Assembly (NCBI GenBank): GCA_017467865.1
Contig: JAFUKG010000032.1
Coordinates: 117,681-181,680 of the forward strand
Direction: 5' to 3'
DNA from: Clostridia bacterium
GTDB lineage: Bacteria; Bacillota; Clostridia; Oscillospirales; SIG627
Length of the DNA: 64,000 nt
In this document: positions 23,094-32,902 of the stretch, piece after piece
Layout: each line of letters opens with the position of its first letter
Position numbering within the stretch: position 1 is the first letter of the stretch
The notes under the pieces: model-generated
Seen by the model: only the letters and a program-made list of their open reading frames with translations
The model's database searches: none
Told to the model about the DNA's origin: nothing
Program-made: the position numbers and the translations under genes

Positions 23094-23937
23094 AACACAC
23101 GCCTGCGTCCTTTACTATTTCGTCAATCATTCTTGAATAAAGCTTATAATGCTCGAAGAGGCAGTCAACGGGAACTCTGTCTATGTCTACCTCTAAGTTA
23201 AAGCTTCCGTTATATCCTGCGTCATACACAGTTTTTACAATATCCTTCCAATCCACGTTGCCAAAGCAGGGAGCAAAGTGCCAGTCCATATTTCCGTAGT
23301 TTGACTGGAAGTGGAATGCTCTGATATACTTTGCAGCCGTCTTGACGGTCTGAAGCTTGTCGGCATCCGAGATGTTGAGCTGTTGGTGTCCGAAATCCCA
23401 GCATACCTGGAAATTAGGTGAGCCAACCTTTTCAACAATCTCAAGGTGATTTTCAACAATTGAAGTTATAAACACGTACTGAGGGCAGTCTCCGAAGTGG
23501 GGCACGTTTTCAAGTGCTATTGCGGTGCCCGCCTTTTCGGCTATCTCAAGATAGCGCTTTGCGTTTTCTGCATTCTTCTCTATAATCCACTTAGCGGTAT
23601 GCACGTCGTCGATTGTGCCCATGGGATGCATTACGCACCACTTTACGCCAAGCTTTCCTGCCATTTCAAGGGAGCGCTTTATCTCCTCTTCCTTAGCATC
23701 GTTCAGTTCATCGGGCTGTAAGAAGATGTTGTAGCAAGGCATATGTATGGAGTAGCACTCGATACCGGCTTCAGCAAGGTTTTCCTTTGCCTTTGCTATC
23801 TTCTCTTCCCTATCATCCCTTAAAAGATGCCCCCATCCGCAGGTGTAGTCGATAGCGTCGAAGCCTGCCGCCTTATAGCCTTTGAGGTGGTCAAGATTAT
23901 TGAACACTCTGTCGTTTATTGATAAGGATTTTTTCAT
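23092..23937 (-). CDS. Sugar phosphate isomerase/epimerase family protein (xylose isomerase-like TIM barrel)
   Basis: 281-aa ORF. Recognised by family resemblance only (..GVKWCVMHP.., ..IALENVP.., ..WDFGHQ..). Its start overlaps the stop of the upstream gene by 4 nt. Confidence 0.6.
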   Translation of the reverse strand: MKKSLSINDRVFNNLDHLKGYKAAGFDAIDYTCGWGHLLRDDREEKIAKAKENLAEAGIECYSIHMPCYNIFLQPDELNDAKEEEIKRSLEMAGKLGVKWCVMHPMGTIDDVHTAKWIIEKNAENAKRYLEIAEKAGTAIALENVPHFGDCPQYVFITSIVENHLEIVEKVGSPNFQVCWDFGHQQLNISDADKLQTVKTAAKYIRAFHFQSNYGNMDWHFAPCFGNVDWKDIVKTVYDAGYNGSFNLEVDIDRVPVDCLFEHYKLYSRMIDEIVKDAGVC

Positions 23938-24686
23938 CTTGCCACTTCCTTTCCGAGTAGAATTTTCGACACGTTAACTGCGAACTTAAGATAGTCGCGC
24001 TCAAGGTCATACTTTCCGAAGTTAATATCAAGCACCAACGAGAAGGCACCGTCAAATTTAACCTCCGAGAAAGCGTCAAGGGTTTCCTTCCACTTTATAC
24101 AACACGGAGTGCTGGAAATGGTGGGAGCCATCTTGCGGTCCACGTCTCCGTTGTTGTCGTTCATATGAGCTATCTTTATTCTGCTTCCTACCTTTTTCAA
24201 GGCTTCAATTCTGTCAAAGTCAAACTTCTTAAGACCGAAATCATCGTTACCGATAATGTTTGTGTGGGCAGGGTTATAGCAAACGCCTATCCACTCGCTC
24301 TTAAAGGAGTCCACCCAAATGCAAAACGCATCTATGTAATTACTGTATCTTGCAGGATTTTCAAGAGCAATTCCCACTCCGTACTTCTCTGCAAGGGGAA
24401 TTGATTTTACTATAAGGTTGGTATCATAGTTTATTTCTCCCTGTAAGCATGCCCACTTAACGCCAAAGAGAGCCGAAACGCGAAGTCCCTCTTCAACGTT
24501 GTCCTTCACTATCTCCGTCTGAGGCATGATAAGTCCTGCATTCTCTATGTTCTTCTTTGCTTTTTCGGGGTTCGTTAATTCCCCATTCAAAAGAAGCTCT
24601 ACGCCGTCATATCCCGCTTCCTTGAGAAATGCCAAATATTCGGTGTCGAAAGCCTTTTTGTAATCTATCTGTAAGGTTACCTTCAT
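23934..24686 (-). CDS. Sugar phosphate isomerase/epimerase-like TIM-barrel protein (paralogue-like partner)
   Basis: Start moved to the in-frame ATG at 24686 (MKVTLQIDYKK..), which follows aaggaggg. Contains ..IALENP.., ..YNPAHTN.., ..HMNDNNGD.. . Confidence 0.55.
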   Translation of the reverse strand: MKVTLQIDYKKAFDTEYLAFLKEAGYDGVELLLNGELTNPEKAKKNIENAGLIMPQTEIVKDNVEEGLRVSALFGVKWACLQGEINYDTNLIVKSIPLAEKYGVGIALENPARYSNYIDAFCIWVDSFKSEWIGVCYNPAHTNIIGNDDFGLKKFDFDRIEALKKVGSRIKIAHMNDNNGDVDRKMAPTISSTPCCIKWKETLDAFSEVKFDGAFSLVLDINFGKYDLERDYLKFAVNVSKILLGKEVAR

Positions 24687-24898
24687 AATATTCCCTCCTT
24701 TTTTCTGCATTATAGCACAAAGGCAAAAAGCCTTCAATAGTCATTTTTAACAAAAACAGAGAGCTTGTTTTTACGTTAAAAAACTGCAAAAATTCAAAGG
24801 TATATCTTAGTTAAATAAAGTATTATATTTTATAATTGTTTACTTTGAGGTCACATTCTCATGATATGATACAAAAGAATTCAGAAAGGAGTATGAAA

Positions 24899-25573
24899 AT
24901 GAGATTGCTATATGCAGAAGATGAACCCGCCCTTTCCGAAGCGGTGGTTGACTATCTTACTTACCACAAATATATCGTAGACCCTGTTTACAACGGTTCC
25001 GATGCCTACGATTATGCCAGCGTTAACAAATATGACGGAATTATTCTTGATATAATGATGCCGGGACTTGACGGCATAGAGGTTTTGTCCCACTTGCGCA
25101 AAAGCGGTTGTACAACTCCCGTGTTATTACTGACGGCAAAAGCTCAAGTAGAGGACCGCATCAAGGGATTGGACTGCGGTGCCGACGATTATCTTTCAAA
25201 GCCGTTTGATATGGGGGAGCTAATCGCCAGAATACGCGCTATGCTCAGACGCAGAGAGGAATACCATTCTGATTTGATTATCTTTGAAGACCTCAATTTA
25301 AATATGCAAACGGGGGAAATCAAGGTAAACGGCGCATCTTTCCAATTGCCAAAGCAAGAGTACCGTCTTTTGGAGCAGCTTATGCTCAATCAATCAATAT
25401 ATATGTCTACCGAAGAACTTTTGATGAGAGCTTGGGGCTACAACGCCGAAACCGACCTGAACAGTGTATGGCTATACGTTTCTTATCTGCGCAAGAGGCT
25501 TTCTGCGATGGGTTCTAAGGCGGATATTGTGTCAAAGCGCAATATCGGATATAAATTGGAGCTTAAGCCATGA
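24899..25573 (+). CDS. OmpR/PhoB-family response regulator
   Basis: Receiver domain (MRLLYAEDEP.., ILDIMMPGLDG, LLLTAK) plus a winged-helix C-terminus (..VWLYVSYLRKRL..GYKL). ATG 24899 sits 7 nt after aaaggag; 24893 is an alternative start. Confidence 0.85.
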   Translation: MRLLYAEDEPALSEAVVDYLTYHKYIVDPVYNGSDAYDYASVNKYDGIILDIMMPGLDGIEVLSHLRKSGCTTPVLLLTAKAQVEDRIKGLDCGADDYLSKPFDMGELIARIRAMLRRREEYHSDLIIFEDLNLNMQTGEIKVNGASFQLPKQEYRLLEQLMLNQSIYMSTEELLMRAWGYNAETDLNSVWLYVSYLRKRLSAMGSKADIVSKRNIGYKLELKP

Positions 25574-26790
25574 CAAGAATTCTAAAAAGACGGTTTGTCA
25601 TTTTCACTATGACGGCAGTTACTTGCCTGCTCATATTCATAGTACTTGCGATCAACTCTCTTAATTGGCTAATGCTGGAACGCCAATCCGATGCAGTCTT
25701 AGAAACTCTTGTGGATGCCGACGGTGCATTTCACAAAATGGATTTTGACCGTCCCCCTCCGTTTTCCCGTCCTCTTAATATGGACAGAATGCGTTCTTCG
25801 CGTTTTTTTATTGTCAGTAGCGATGAAGACGGTAACGTTGTTGACGTAAATACCGAGCAAATATCCTCGATAGATGAAGAGACCGCAAAGTCCTACGCCT
25901 TAAAAGCACTGAAGAAAGGAAAAGAATTCGGACGAATAAAAGAATATAAATACGCCGTCAAAAAGACCGATTCTCTTCAACTCACGTTTTTTATGGACAC
26001 GTCGGAGCAAAACGAGAGCTTTCGTATGGTTTTGTCCGCTTCATGCATAATAGCCGTTTTGTGTTGGGGAATCCTCTTGATTATCGTTATCCTGCTTTCG
26101 GGAAAGGTCATACGCCCTGTCCTTGCGGGAATGGAAAAGCAGAAGCAATTTATCACAAACGCAGGGCATGAAATGAAAACACCCCTTGCAATCATTCAAT
26201 CGAACAACGATACAATGGCACTTATCCACGGTGAAAACAAGTATAATTTGCACATCCGCAGTCAAACCAAGAGGTTAAACGTGCTGATGTCAAACCTTCT
26301 CACCCTTGCCAGACTCGATGAAGAAATCCCCCTGCCCACAGAGCGCGTGAATATCAGTGAGCTTACAAACGAAATGCTCCCCGTTTATATGGAAGATGCT
26401 CAAACAAGGAAGCTGCATTTTTGTGTGCATATCGAGCCCGACGTTATCATTCAGACTAACAAGGACAGTTTTGCCCAAATGCTGACTATCCTTCTTGATA
26501 ACGCCCTAAAATACACGCCCGACGACGGATATATCAGTTTGTCACTCCTGACGGAGGGCAAACACGTGCGCATTGTCGAAGAAAACACCTGCGATCCAAC
26601 TCCCCAGCCAATCCCCGAAAGGCTGTTTGAACGGTTTTACAGAGGGGATTTTGCCCGAACTCAAAAAAAGGATTCCTCTGGCTATGGAATCGGGTTATCC
26701 GCCGCACGTGCTATCTGTGAGAGCTTCGGCGGTAAGCTGATAGCAGAATATTCTTCACCCAACACTATTCGATTTACGGCAAAAATCTAA
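25570..26790 (+). CDS. Membrane sensor histidine kinase (HisKA + HATPase_c)
   Basis: Two TM segments flank an extracytoplasmic loop of about 130 aa. H-box is FITNAGHEMKTPL and G-box is GYGIGLSAARAI. ATGA overlap with the response regulator gene. Confidence 0.85.
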   Translation: MTRILKRRFVIFTMTAVTCLLIFIVLAINSLNWLMLERQSDAVLETLVDADGAFHKMDFDRPPPFSRPLNMDRMRSSRFFIVSSDEDGNVVDVNTEQISSIDEETAKSYALKALKKGKEFGRIKEYKYAVKKTDSLQLTFFMDTSEQNESFRMVLSASCIIAVLCWGILLIIVILLSGKVIRPVLAGMEKQKQFITNAGHEMKTPLAIIQSNNDTMALIHGENKYNLHIRSQTKRLNVLMSNLLTLARLDEEIPLPTERVNISELTNEMLPVYMEDAQTRKLHFCVHIEPDVIIQTNKDSFAQMLTILLDNALKYTPDDGYISLSLLTEGKHVRIVEENTCDPTPQPIPERLFERFYRGDFARTQKKDSSGYGIGLSAARAICESFGGKLIAEYSSPNTIRFTAKI

Positions 26791-26810
26791 TATTTCAATA
26801 AATATTCACA

Positions 26811-26848
26811 AACCTTCCCCTGTTCGTTCACACAAGGGAAGGTTTTTC
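26811..26848 (+). terminator. Terminator after the two-component operon
   Basis: Stem aaccttccc/gggaaggtt with a loop of about 16 nt, followed by ttttt. Confidence 0.5.
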
Positions 26849-26907
26849 TAATGTAATTCATAGGTAAGGAAAGTATAATAACTTCCATAGAAAGGAGGAA
26901 TACTGTT

Positions 26908-27579
26908 TTGCAATTCAGACATGAAGTAAAGCATGAAATAAATGAAGCGGATATGCTTATTCTGCGTCAAAGGCTGAAGGCGGTAATGAGCTCTGACCCC
27001 CATGCTGTAAACGGGAAATATGAAATACGAAGCTTGTATTTTGACACCCTTGACGACAAGGCGCTGAGGGAAAAGCTCGACGGCGTAAATATACGTGAAA
27101 AATACCGCATCCGACTGTATAACAACGACCCCTCGGTAATTCATTTGGAGCGAAAATTCAAGCATGGCGGTCTTGGATATAAAAGCTCTGTCTCCCTGTC
27201 CCCGAAAGAGGCGCAGGCTATTGCCGACGGAGACGTAGAATGGATGGCTCGCAGTAACAACGAAGCGCTTCTCGGCTTTTACCTTCACCTTCGTAACGAA
27301 GGGCTTAAAGCTAAGGTCATTGTGGACTATACCCGCGAGCCCTTTATATTCGCACCGGGAAACGTCCGTATAACACTGGATTACGGTATTCGTACAAGTA
27401 TGAGCTGCACGGATTTTCTCAATCCCAATTGTGTCACCGTTCCCATAAAGGAGTCCCCTTGCATCCTTGAAGTAAAGTGGGATAGCTTTCTGCCCGACGT
27501 CATTCGGGATGCAGTGCAGCTTGAGGGCAGACACAGCGCGGCTTTTTCCAAATATGCCGCCTGCCGTATGTATGACTAA
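26908..27579 (+). CDS. VTC-domain protein (polyphosphate-polymerase-like domain, triphosphate tunnel metalloenzyme fold)
   Basis: 223-aa ORF with a TTG start 9 nt after aggagg. The N-terminus FRHEVKHEI.. and RSLYFDT...EKYRIRLY match my recollection of bacterial VTC-domain proteins. Confidence 0.65.
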   Translation: MQFRHEVKHEINEADMLILRQRLKAVMSSDPHAVNGKYEIRSLYFDTLDDKALREKLDGVNIREKYRIRLYNNDPSVIHLERKFKHGGLGYKSSVSLSPKEAQAIADGDVEWMARSNNEALLGFYLHLRNEGLKAKVIVDYTREPFIFAPGNVRITLDYGIRTSMSCTDFLNPNCVTVPIKESPCILEVKWDSFLPDVIRDAVQLEGRHSAAFSKYAACRMYD

Positions 27580-27614
27580 GTAACAACAAATAAAACAAAG
27601 GAGTAAATCCAACT

Positions 27615-28286
27615 ATGAATTTTAACGATATTTTTAAATCAAGCTTTCTCGAAAACGTATCCTCCGTCAATCTACTTGATATGCTGCTGACCGTTGTGCT
27701 ATCCTTCGGCATCGGTCTTTTCATCTTCCTCGTTTATAAGAAAACCTACCGCGGTGTGATGTATTCCGCAGGCTTCGGAACTACGCTCATCGCTCTTACT
27801 ATGATTACGTCTATCGTCATTCTCGCCGTAACCTCCAACGTGGTTCTCTCGTTGGGTATGGTGGGTGCACTCTCTATCGTTCGTTTCCGTACTGCCATTA
27901 AGGAGCCCCTTGATATTGCATTTTTATTTTGGTCTATCGGTGTAGGTATTATCCTGGCAGCAGGTATGATTCCTCTTGCTATAATCGGAAGCGTATCAAT
28001 CGGTATAATCCTTCTTATTTTTGTAAATAAGAAATCCCATACCCGACCTTACATGATAGTGCTGAGCTGTGAAAATCACGATGCGGAAGTCAAGGCAAGA
28101 GACTTTATAGAAAAAAATACAGCCCGCACAACACTCAAGAGCAAATCTGCCGTCAAGGGCGCTATTGAAATAAATATCGAAGTCCGCCTGAAGAAAGACG
28201 ACACAGATTTCATCAACGTTCTTTCCGAAATGACGGGAGTAAACAGTGCAGTAATCGTCTCCTATAACGGCGATTATATGGGGTAA
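27615..28286 (+). CDS. DUF4956-family polytopic membrane protein
   Basis: 223 aa, with four to five hydrophobic segments and the motif LSLGMVGALSIVRFRTAIKEP that I associate with DUF4956. SD is aaaggag. Confidence 0.65.
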   Translation: MNFNDIFKSSFLENVSSVNLLDMLLTVVLSFGIGLFIFLVYKKTYRGVMYSAGFGTTLIALTMITSIVILAVTSNVVLSLGMVGALSIVRFRTAIKEPLDIAFLFWSIGVGIILAAGMIPLAIIGSVSIGIILLIFVNKKSHTRPYMIVLSCENHDAEVKARDFIEKNTARTTLKSKSAVKGAIEINIEVRLKKDDTDFINVLSEMTGVNSAVIVSYNGDYMG

Positions 28287-28292
28287 AAGCAT

Positions 28293-30233
28293 ATGTCAGA
28301 AAGTAAGTATTTTGACAAGATAGCGTGGTCTGTCACAGCCATAATACTAATCATCACCATTTTGTTTATGAACGGTCCGGCTCTTGGCATTGAGGTTATG
28401 GCAAGTACTATGGGATACGAAAACCGTCTGTTTGACAATACAAGGGTGCACACCATTGATATTGTAATGAACAATTGGGAAGAGTTTATTGATAACGCGT
28501 CAAGCGAGGAATACTACACCGCCACCGTAGTGATAGACGGTGAGGCATATAAAAACGTCGCCATACGCGGTAAAGGCAACACTTCTCTTTCCAACGTCGC
28601 CTCTATGAACAGTGACCGATACAGCTTCAAGGTGGAATTCGACCACTATGACAGCTCTATCACCTATCACGGACTTGACAAGCTGGCTCTCAATAATTTG
28701 ATACAAGACGCCACCATGATGAAGGACTATCTGACCTACACCATGATGAACGAGTTTGATGCCGCATCTCCCCTTTGCAGTTTTGCGTACATCACCGTCA
28801 ACGGTGAGGATTGGGGACTGTATCTTGCAGTGGAAGGTGTTGAGGACAGCTTTCTTGAACGTAATTATGGAACAAGCTACGGAGAACTGTATAAGCCCGA
28901 CAGCACAGGGTTTGGCGGTGGACGGGGCAACGGCAAGGACTTTAACATAGAAGATTTTGTAAATAACGAAAAGCCAGCCATCGACTCCGAGCAAGGTATG
29001 CCTATGCCGGACAGAGAAAGCTTTGACCCTTCCTCAACGTTCAGCGCAAACGTGCCTGCTATGAGTAGCTTCGATCCCTCTCAGATGCAGGGCAATGCAC
29101 CGCAGATACCCGATATGACACAAGGAGAGTCCAATTCTGAAAACGGCGATAGATTTTCCTTCGGAGGAAAAGGCGGATTTGGAGGGATGGGCTCTTCAGA
29201 CGTAAAACTTCAATACGTAGACGATAATATCTCCAGCTACTCAAACATTTGGAACAACGCCAAAACCGACGTTACAGAAGCCGACCAAATAAGGCTCATT
29301 GAGTCCCTGAAAAAGCTATCTGAGGGCGATCAGATAGAATCTGTTGTAGACGTCGAAAAGGTCATGCGCTATTTCGTTGTTCACAACTACGTTTGCAACG
29401 GTGATAGCTACACAGGCTCAATGATTCATAACTACTATCTGTATGAGGAAGACGGAAAAATGGCCATGATTCCTTGGGATTACAATCTTGCATATGGCAC
29501 CTTCCAAGGCGGTAACGGTCAAAGCACAGTCAATACTCCCATAGATTCTCCCGTTTCCAACGCAAACGGCGAGGATCGCCCCATGTGGAACTGGATAGTA
29601 CAAAACGAAGAATATACCCAGCAATATCATAGGTATTTTACTGAATTTCTGAACACAGTTGACGTTCAGGGCATAATCAACGATGCGTATAACCTTATCA
29701 AATCATACGTAGAAAGGGATCCCACAGCATTCTACACCTACGAAGAATTTGAAAACGGTGTAGAGGCTCTGCGTCAATTCTGCTCTCTTCGTTCCAACAG
29801 CATCGCCTTACAGCTTGAAAACGGTGAAACTACAAACAACACCAACTACTCGGACGCTTCTTCGTTAAATATTTCAAACATGGGCTCTATGGGTATGGGT
29901 CTTAACGATAGAAATAAGAATACCGAGAGCACAGAAAACAATTTTGATAAAAGTAAAGATTTCACCTCACCGCAAAACGCCAACGTCTCACAAGATATGG
30001 AAAATATCGGGGTGGAACCCAGCTTTGAAAAAAACTCCGACACCGAAGATCCTGAGCAAAGCACAAAACAACCCTTCACAGATAGAGAACAGACACAAAA
30101 GCGCAGTTTTAATAGCTTTAACGTGAATGCTGATGAAATGAATAATTCCCAAAGCGGTGAAGGGCTATGGCTTATAGTATCTTTTTCAGTTCTCATAATA
30201 GGTTTAATCATAGCAAAAGTATATAAACATTAA
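28293..30233 (+). CDS. CotH-family atypical protein kinase, membrane-anchored at both ends
   Basis: 646 aa. CotH-like core (..VAIRGKGNTSL..YSFKVEFDHYD..LNNLIQDATMMKDYL..GELYKPD..). N-terminal signal anchor and C-terminal TM segment (GLWLIVSFSVLIIGLIIAKVY). Confidence 0.75.
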   Translation: MSESKYFDKIAWSVTAIILIITILFMNGPALGIEVMASTMGYENRLFDNTRVHTIDIVMNNWEEFIDNASSEEYYTATVVIDGEAYKNVAIRGKGNTSLSNVASMNSDRYSFKVEFDHYDSSITYHGLDKLALNNLIQDATMMKDYLTYTMMNEFDAASPLCSFAYITVNGEDWGLYLAVEGVEDSFLERNYGTSYGELYKPDSTGFGGGRGNGKDFNIEDFVNNEKPAIDSEQGMPMPDRESFDPSSTFSANVPAMSSFDPSQMQGNAPQIPDMTQGESNSENGDRFSFGGKGGFGGMGSSDVKLQYVDDNISSYSNIWNNAKTDVTEADQIRLIESLKKLSEGDQIESVVDVEKVMRYFVVHNYVCNGDSYTGSMIHNYYLYEEDGKMAMIPWDYNLAYGTFQGGNGQSTVNTPIDSPVSNANGEDRPMWNWIVQNEEYTQQYHRYFTEFLNTVDVQGIINDAYNLIKSYVERDPTAFYTYEEFENGVEALRQFCSLRSNSIALQLENGETTNNTNYSDASSLNISNMGSMGMGLNDRNKNTESTENNFDKSKDFTSPQNANVSQDMENIGVEPSFEKNSDTEDPEQSTKQPFTDREQTQKRSFNSFNVNADEMNNSQSGEGLWLIVSFSVLIIGLIIAKVYKH

Positions 30234-30261
30234 AAAACGGCGGATTTCTCCGCCGTTTTTT
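30232..30261. terminator. Bidirectional terminator between cotH-like gene and lipoprotein gene
   Basis: Stem-loop cggcgga-tttc-tccgccg flanked by A6 and T6 runs. Confidence 0.75.
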
Positions 30262-30749
30262 CAGATATCAAATTCTGCATAAAGTATTTTTTCTTCTATG
30301 AAGTGTTCTATTCTCTTAATACCTTGATATTCATTAAGGCGAGTACCTTCTATTCTTACATCCTTAACTATGCGGTAATGACCTGAGAGAAGAGTTCCAT
30401 ATAGCCACTCCCAATTCACATCAAACTCATAGCTGTCGTTGTTGGGAATAGGATATGCAAGTAAATACCACGCCGGCTCACAAAGAGCATCCGCTTCTGT
30501 CCATTCACCGTCAACAAGCTTTTCCAAAACAAATCTTGAACCGGTTATTGCATTCACGTTGTCTCCCGAATGGGTGATTTTCCCCTTCAGCCCCGTGGGG
30601 GTAACGTCGCTGACGGTCATTTCAATCGTCCACTCATTTGAATACTTTTCTTCAAGAGGTATCTTTGGATCTTCCGCTGCAATTTCTTCCTTTTCACAGC
30701 CCGTAAAAGTAAGGATAAGGGCGACGAGTACCAAAATTAATTTTTTCAT
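30261..30749 (-). CDS. Small lipoprotein of unknown function
   Basis: 162 aa. Signal peptide with lipobox LTFTGC. SD is aaaggag. Confidence 0.6.
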   Translation of the reverse strand: MKKLILVLVALILTFTGCEKEEIAAEDPKIPLEEKYSNEWTIEMTVSDVTPTGLKGKITHSGDNVNAITGSRFVLEKLVDGEWTEADALCEPAWYLLAYPIPNNDSYEFDVNWEWLYGTLLSGHYRIVKDVRIEGTRLNEYQGIKRIEHFIEEKILYAEFDI

Positions 30750-30798
30750 AGCTTCACTCCTTTTGCCGTTTAGACGGAAAAGGAATAAAAAAGTTCCG

Positions 30799-32763
30799 TT
30801 AATCTACAAAAACAGTAGCAACTCCCCAAGGTCTGACGGAGGGAAATGTTACCAAGGTGCCCTTGTCGGTCTTTTCAGCCTTGACCTCGGTCATCTCGCC
30901 GTTTATCTGACAGAAGGTGAACTTATCACCTGCGGGCTCCTTAATGAGAAGGTGTAATTCTCCCGATTCCCCTACCGTTGTATTGACAAGAGAGACTGCA
31001 ACAGTCTTGCCGTTATCATCTATTCTCGGGAAAACTCTTGCGGGAATTCTGTCGAGAAGAACGGCGTCGGTCTTCGCTCCAATATATTCAAGAGCATTCA
31101 TATACTGATTTCTCTTATCGAAGCTGAGTACACTCTGCCAAGTCCAAGGAGTGTAAGCCGCAATGTACCACCTTCCGCCCTTAGAGGTGGTTACAACCAC
31201 GTCGGAGGCACCGCCTGATACAGATGAGTCACGCACGCCCTTATATTCGGTGACGGTTTCAAAGTTACCGCCCGTTACCACGTAATGCCATGAGCCGAAG
31301 AAGTTCATAGACCAGTTCTTACTGTACAAGCCCTCACAAGCGGGGTGCTCCATATTATAGGTTGCGGTGAACTGTCTCACGTCACGCTTTTCAATAGTGA
31401 TTCCAAGGTCCTTTCCAAATCCGCGCTGACATACGATTTCGGCGGCTCTTCCGTCGCAGAACACGTTCTCCGAAAGGAGCTTTTCAATCTCCTCGTCAGT
31501 CATACCCTCAGCATGAGCGCCGTGGAGAATACCTGCACCTCTGTTATTTTTATGAAGAGAAACGGGGATAGCACAGTGTATAAACTCTGTGCCCTCGGTT
31601 ACTCTGTGAGGCTCCCAGTCATAGGGCTTCTTTGAGTCAAGAACCTTCCATGGGGTGTCGGGCATATAAAGCTCTACACCGCCGAATTTCGTTCTCTTAT
31701 TTACCTCAGCCATTCTCTTGAAATATATGTAGTTCTTCGACATATCACGAAGCTGAAGGCTGAGCCATTCCATAGGCTCGTAAACACGCATCATAGTAGC
31801 GTAGCTCATAGTGGTAGCCCCTGCCGCTGCAAAGTAGTATGCAGTCTCAAAGGTCTGTCCTGCAATGGACTTTCCGTAAACTACGTCGGGAAGGTTTTCA
31901 ATCTCGGGGCAGATATCCTTGACGCTTTCGGGAAGCCAGCGTGTTTGCTGGGCAAAGTAGTTAGCCTTTAAAAAGAAGTTGTTGGGGTCAAGGTCATCGT
32001 AGGCACCGCCTCCGGGTCTGAAGTGTCCCTCGTTGCCCGTTGTCTCATAGTATGCATCGTAAACCGCTTTCTGCCAATTGCCCTTTAAAAATCCGTGAGC
32101 ACCGTTCTGAAGCGCAGGGTAGGTATCGGGTGAATATTTATGTATGGTTTCGCCCACCGCTCTTGCTACGTTGCCCATACGCCACGCGTTGAAGCTTACC
32201 CACTTATCACGGATATCTTTGTCGGTGTGCATATTATTCACGATATCTTCTCTTGTGAAGCTCGTACCATTTAATTCATTGAAGATGGACATACATCTGT
32301 CGCAGTAGCAGGTGTGGGAAATGTCAAGTCTCAAATCGTCGTCAACCCAAACGCCCTCGGGCTCTATCTCTTCAAGGTAAATTCTTACCTCTTCTCTCAA
32401 ATAGTCAAGCATTTCAGGAGAAGTAGAGCAAAGAATGCAGTTGCTTCTCTCTCCATTTTCATCAACAATCATGTTGTCGGGATTATCAAAAAGTCCCGTA
32501 TTATCTCTGTTCAGTCCCGAAGGGCCGTGACCGAGGGTATTGGAAATCTGGAGAGATACCTTTATGCCTTTATCTCTGAATCGCTTTGCAAGAGGCTTCA
32601 ATTTACGGGCATATTCAAGATGCTTTTCGGTCTTAGGAAATCCGTAAGTGCTTGAAAGCCAAACCTCATGACAACTGTTGGGGTAAAGGTCAATAAATTT
32701 TAAAAAATCGTTTATTCTTTCTTCATGCTCTAAAAAAGCAGAGCCAAGTCTGTGTACGTACAT
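30799..32763 (-). CDS. Cytoplasmic GH42-like (beta-galactosidase-like TIM barrel) protein, function unassigned
   Basis: 654 aa with no signal peptide. Cys cluster LCSTSP...(about 40 aa)...CYCDRC resembles the C...CxCxxC zinc site of GH42 enzymes, and the size fits GH42. Confidence 0.4.
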   Translation of the reverse strand: MYVHRLGSAFLEHEERINDFLKFIDLYPNSCHEVWLSSTYGFPKTEKHLEYARKLKPLAKRFRDKGIKVSLQISNTLGHGPSGLNRDNTGLFDNPDNMIVDENGERSNCILCSTSPEMLDYLREEVRIYLEEIEPEGVWVDDDLRLDISHTCYCDRCMSIFNELNGTSFTREDIVNNMHTDKDIRDKWVSFNAWRMGNVARAVGETIHKYSPDTYPALQNGAHGFLKGNWQKAVYDAYYETTGNEGHFRPGGGAYDDLDPNNFFLKANYFAQQTRWLPESVKDICPEIENLPDVVYGKSIAGQTFETAYYFAAAGATTMSYATMMRVYEPMEWLSLQLRDMSKNYIYFKRMAEVNKRTKFGGVELYMPDTPWKVLDSKKPYDWEPHRVTEGTEFIHCAIPVSLHKNNRGAGILHGAHAEGMTDEEIEKLLSENVFCDGRAAEIVCQRGFGKDLGITIEKRDVRQFTATYNMEHPACEGLYSKNWSMNFFGSWHYVVTGGNFETVTEYKGVRDSSVSGGASDVVVTTSKGGRWYIAAYTPWTWQSVLSFDKRNQYMNALEYIGAKTDAVLLDRIPARVFPRIDDNGKTVAVSLVNTTVGESGELHLLIKEPAGDKFTFCQINGEMTEVKAEKTDKGTLVTFPSVRPWGVATVFVD

Positions 32764-32902
32764 ATTTTTACCTCTCTTTTTGTATTACTATAGTTACATT
32801 TTAACATCTTAGCCTTTTTTTACAATGTAATATAATAGTCTGTTTTTTGTAATTTTATTGCATTTTCTTTTTTTGTGTGATAGAATGAGTCGAGGTGATT
32901 TT

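Noticed and set aside
26848-27612. 254-aa ORF antisense to the VTC-domain gene
   Set aside because: The + strand ORF has an SD, a recognisable family and an operon context. The antisense ORF has none of these.
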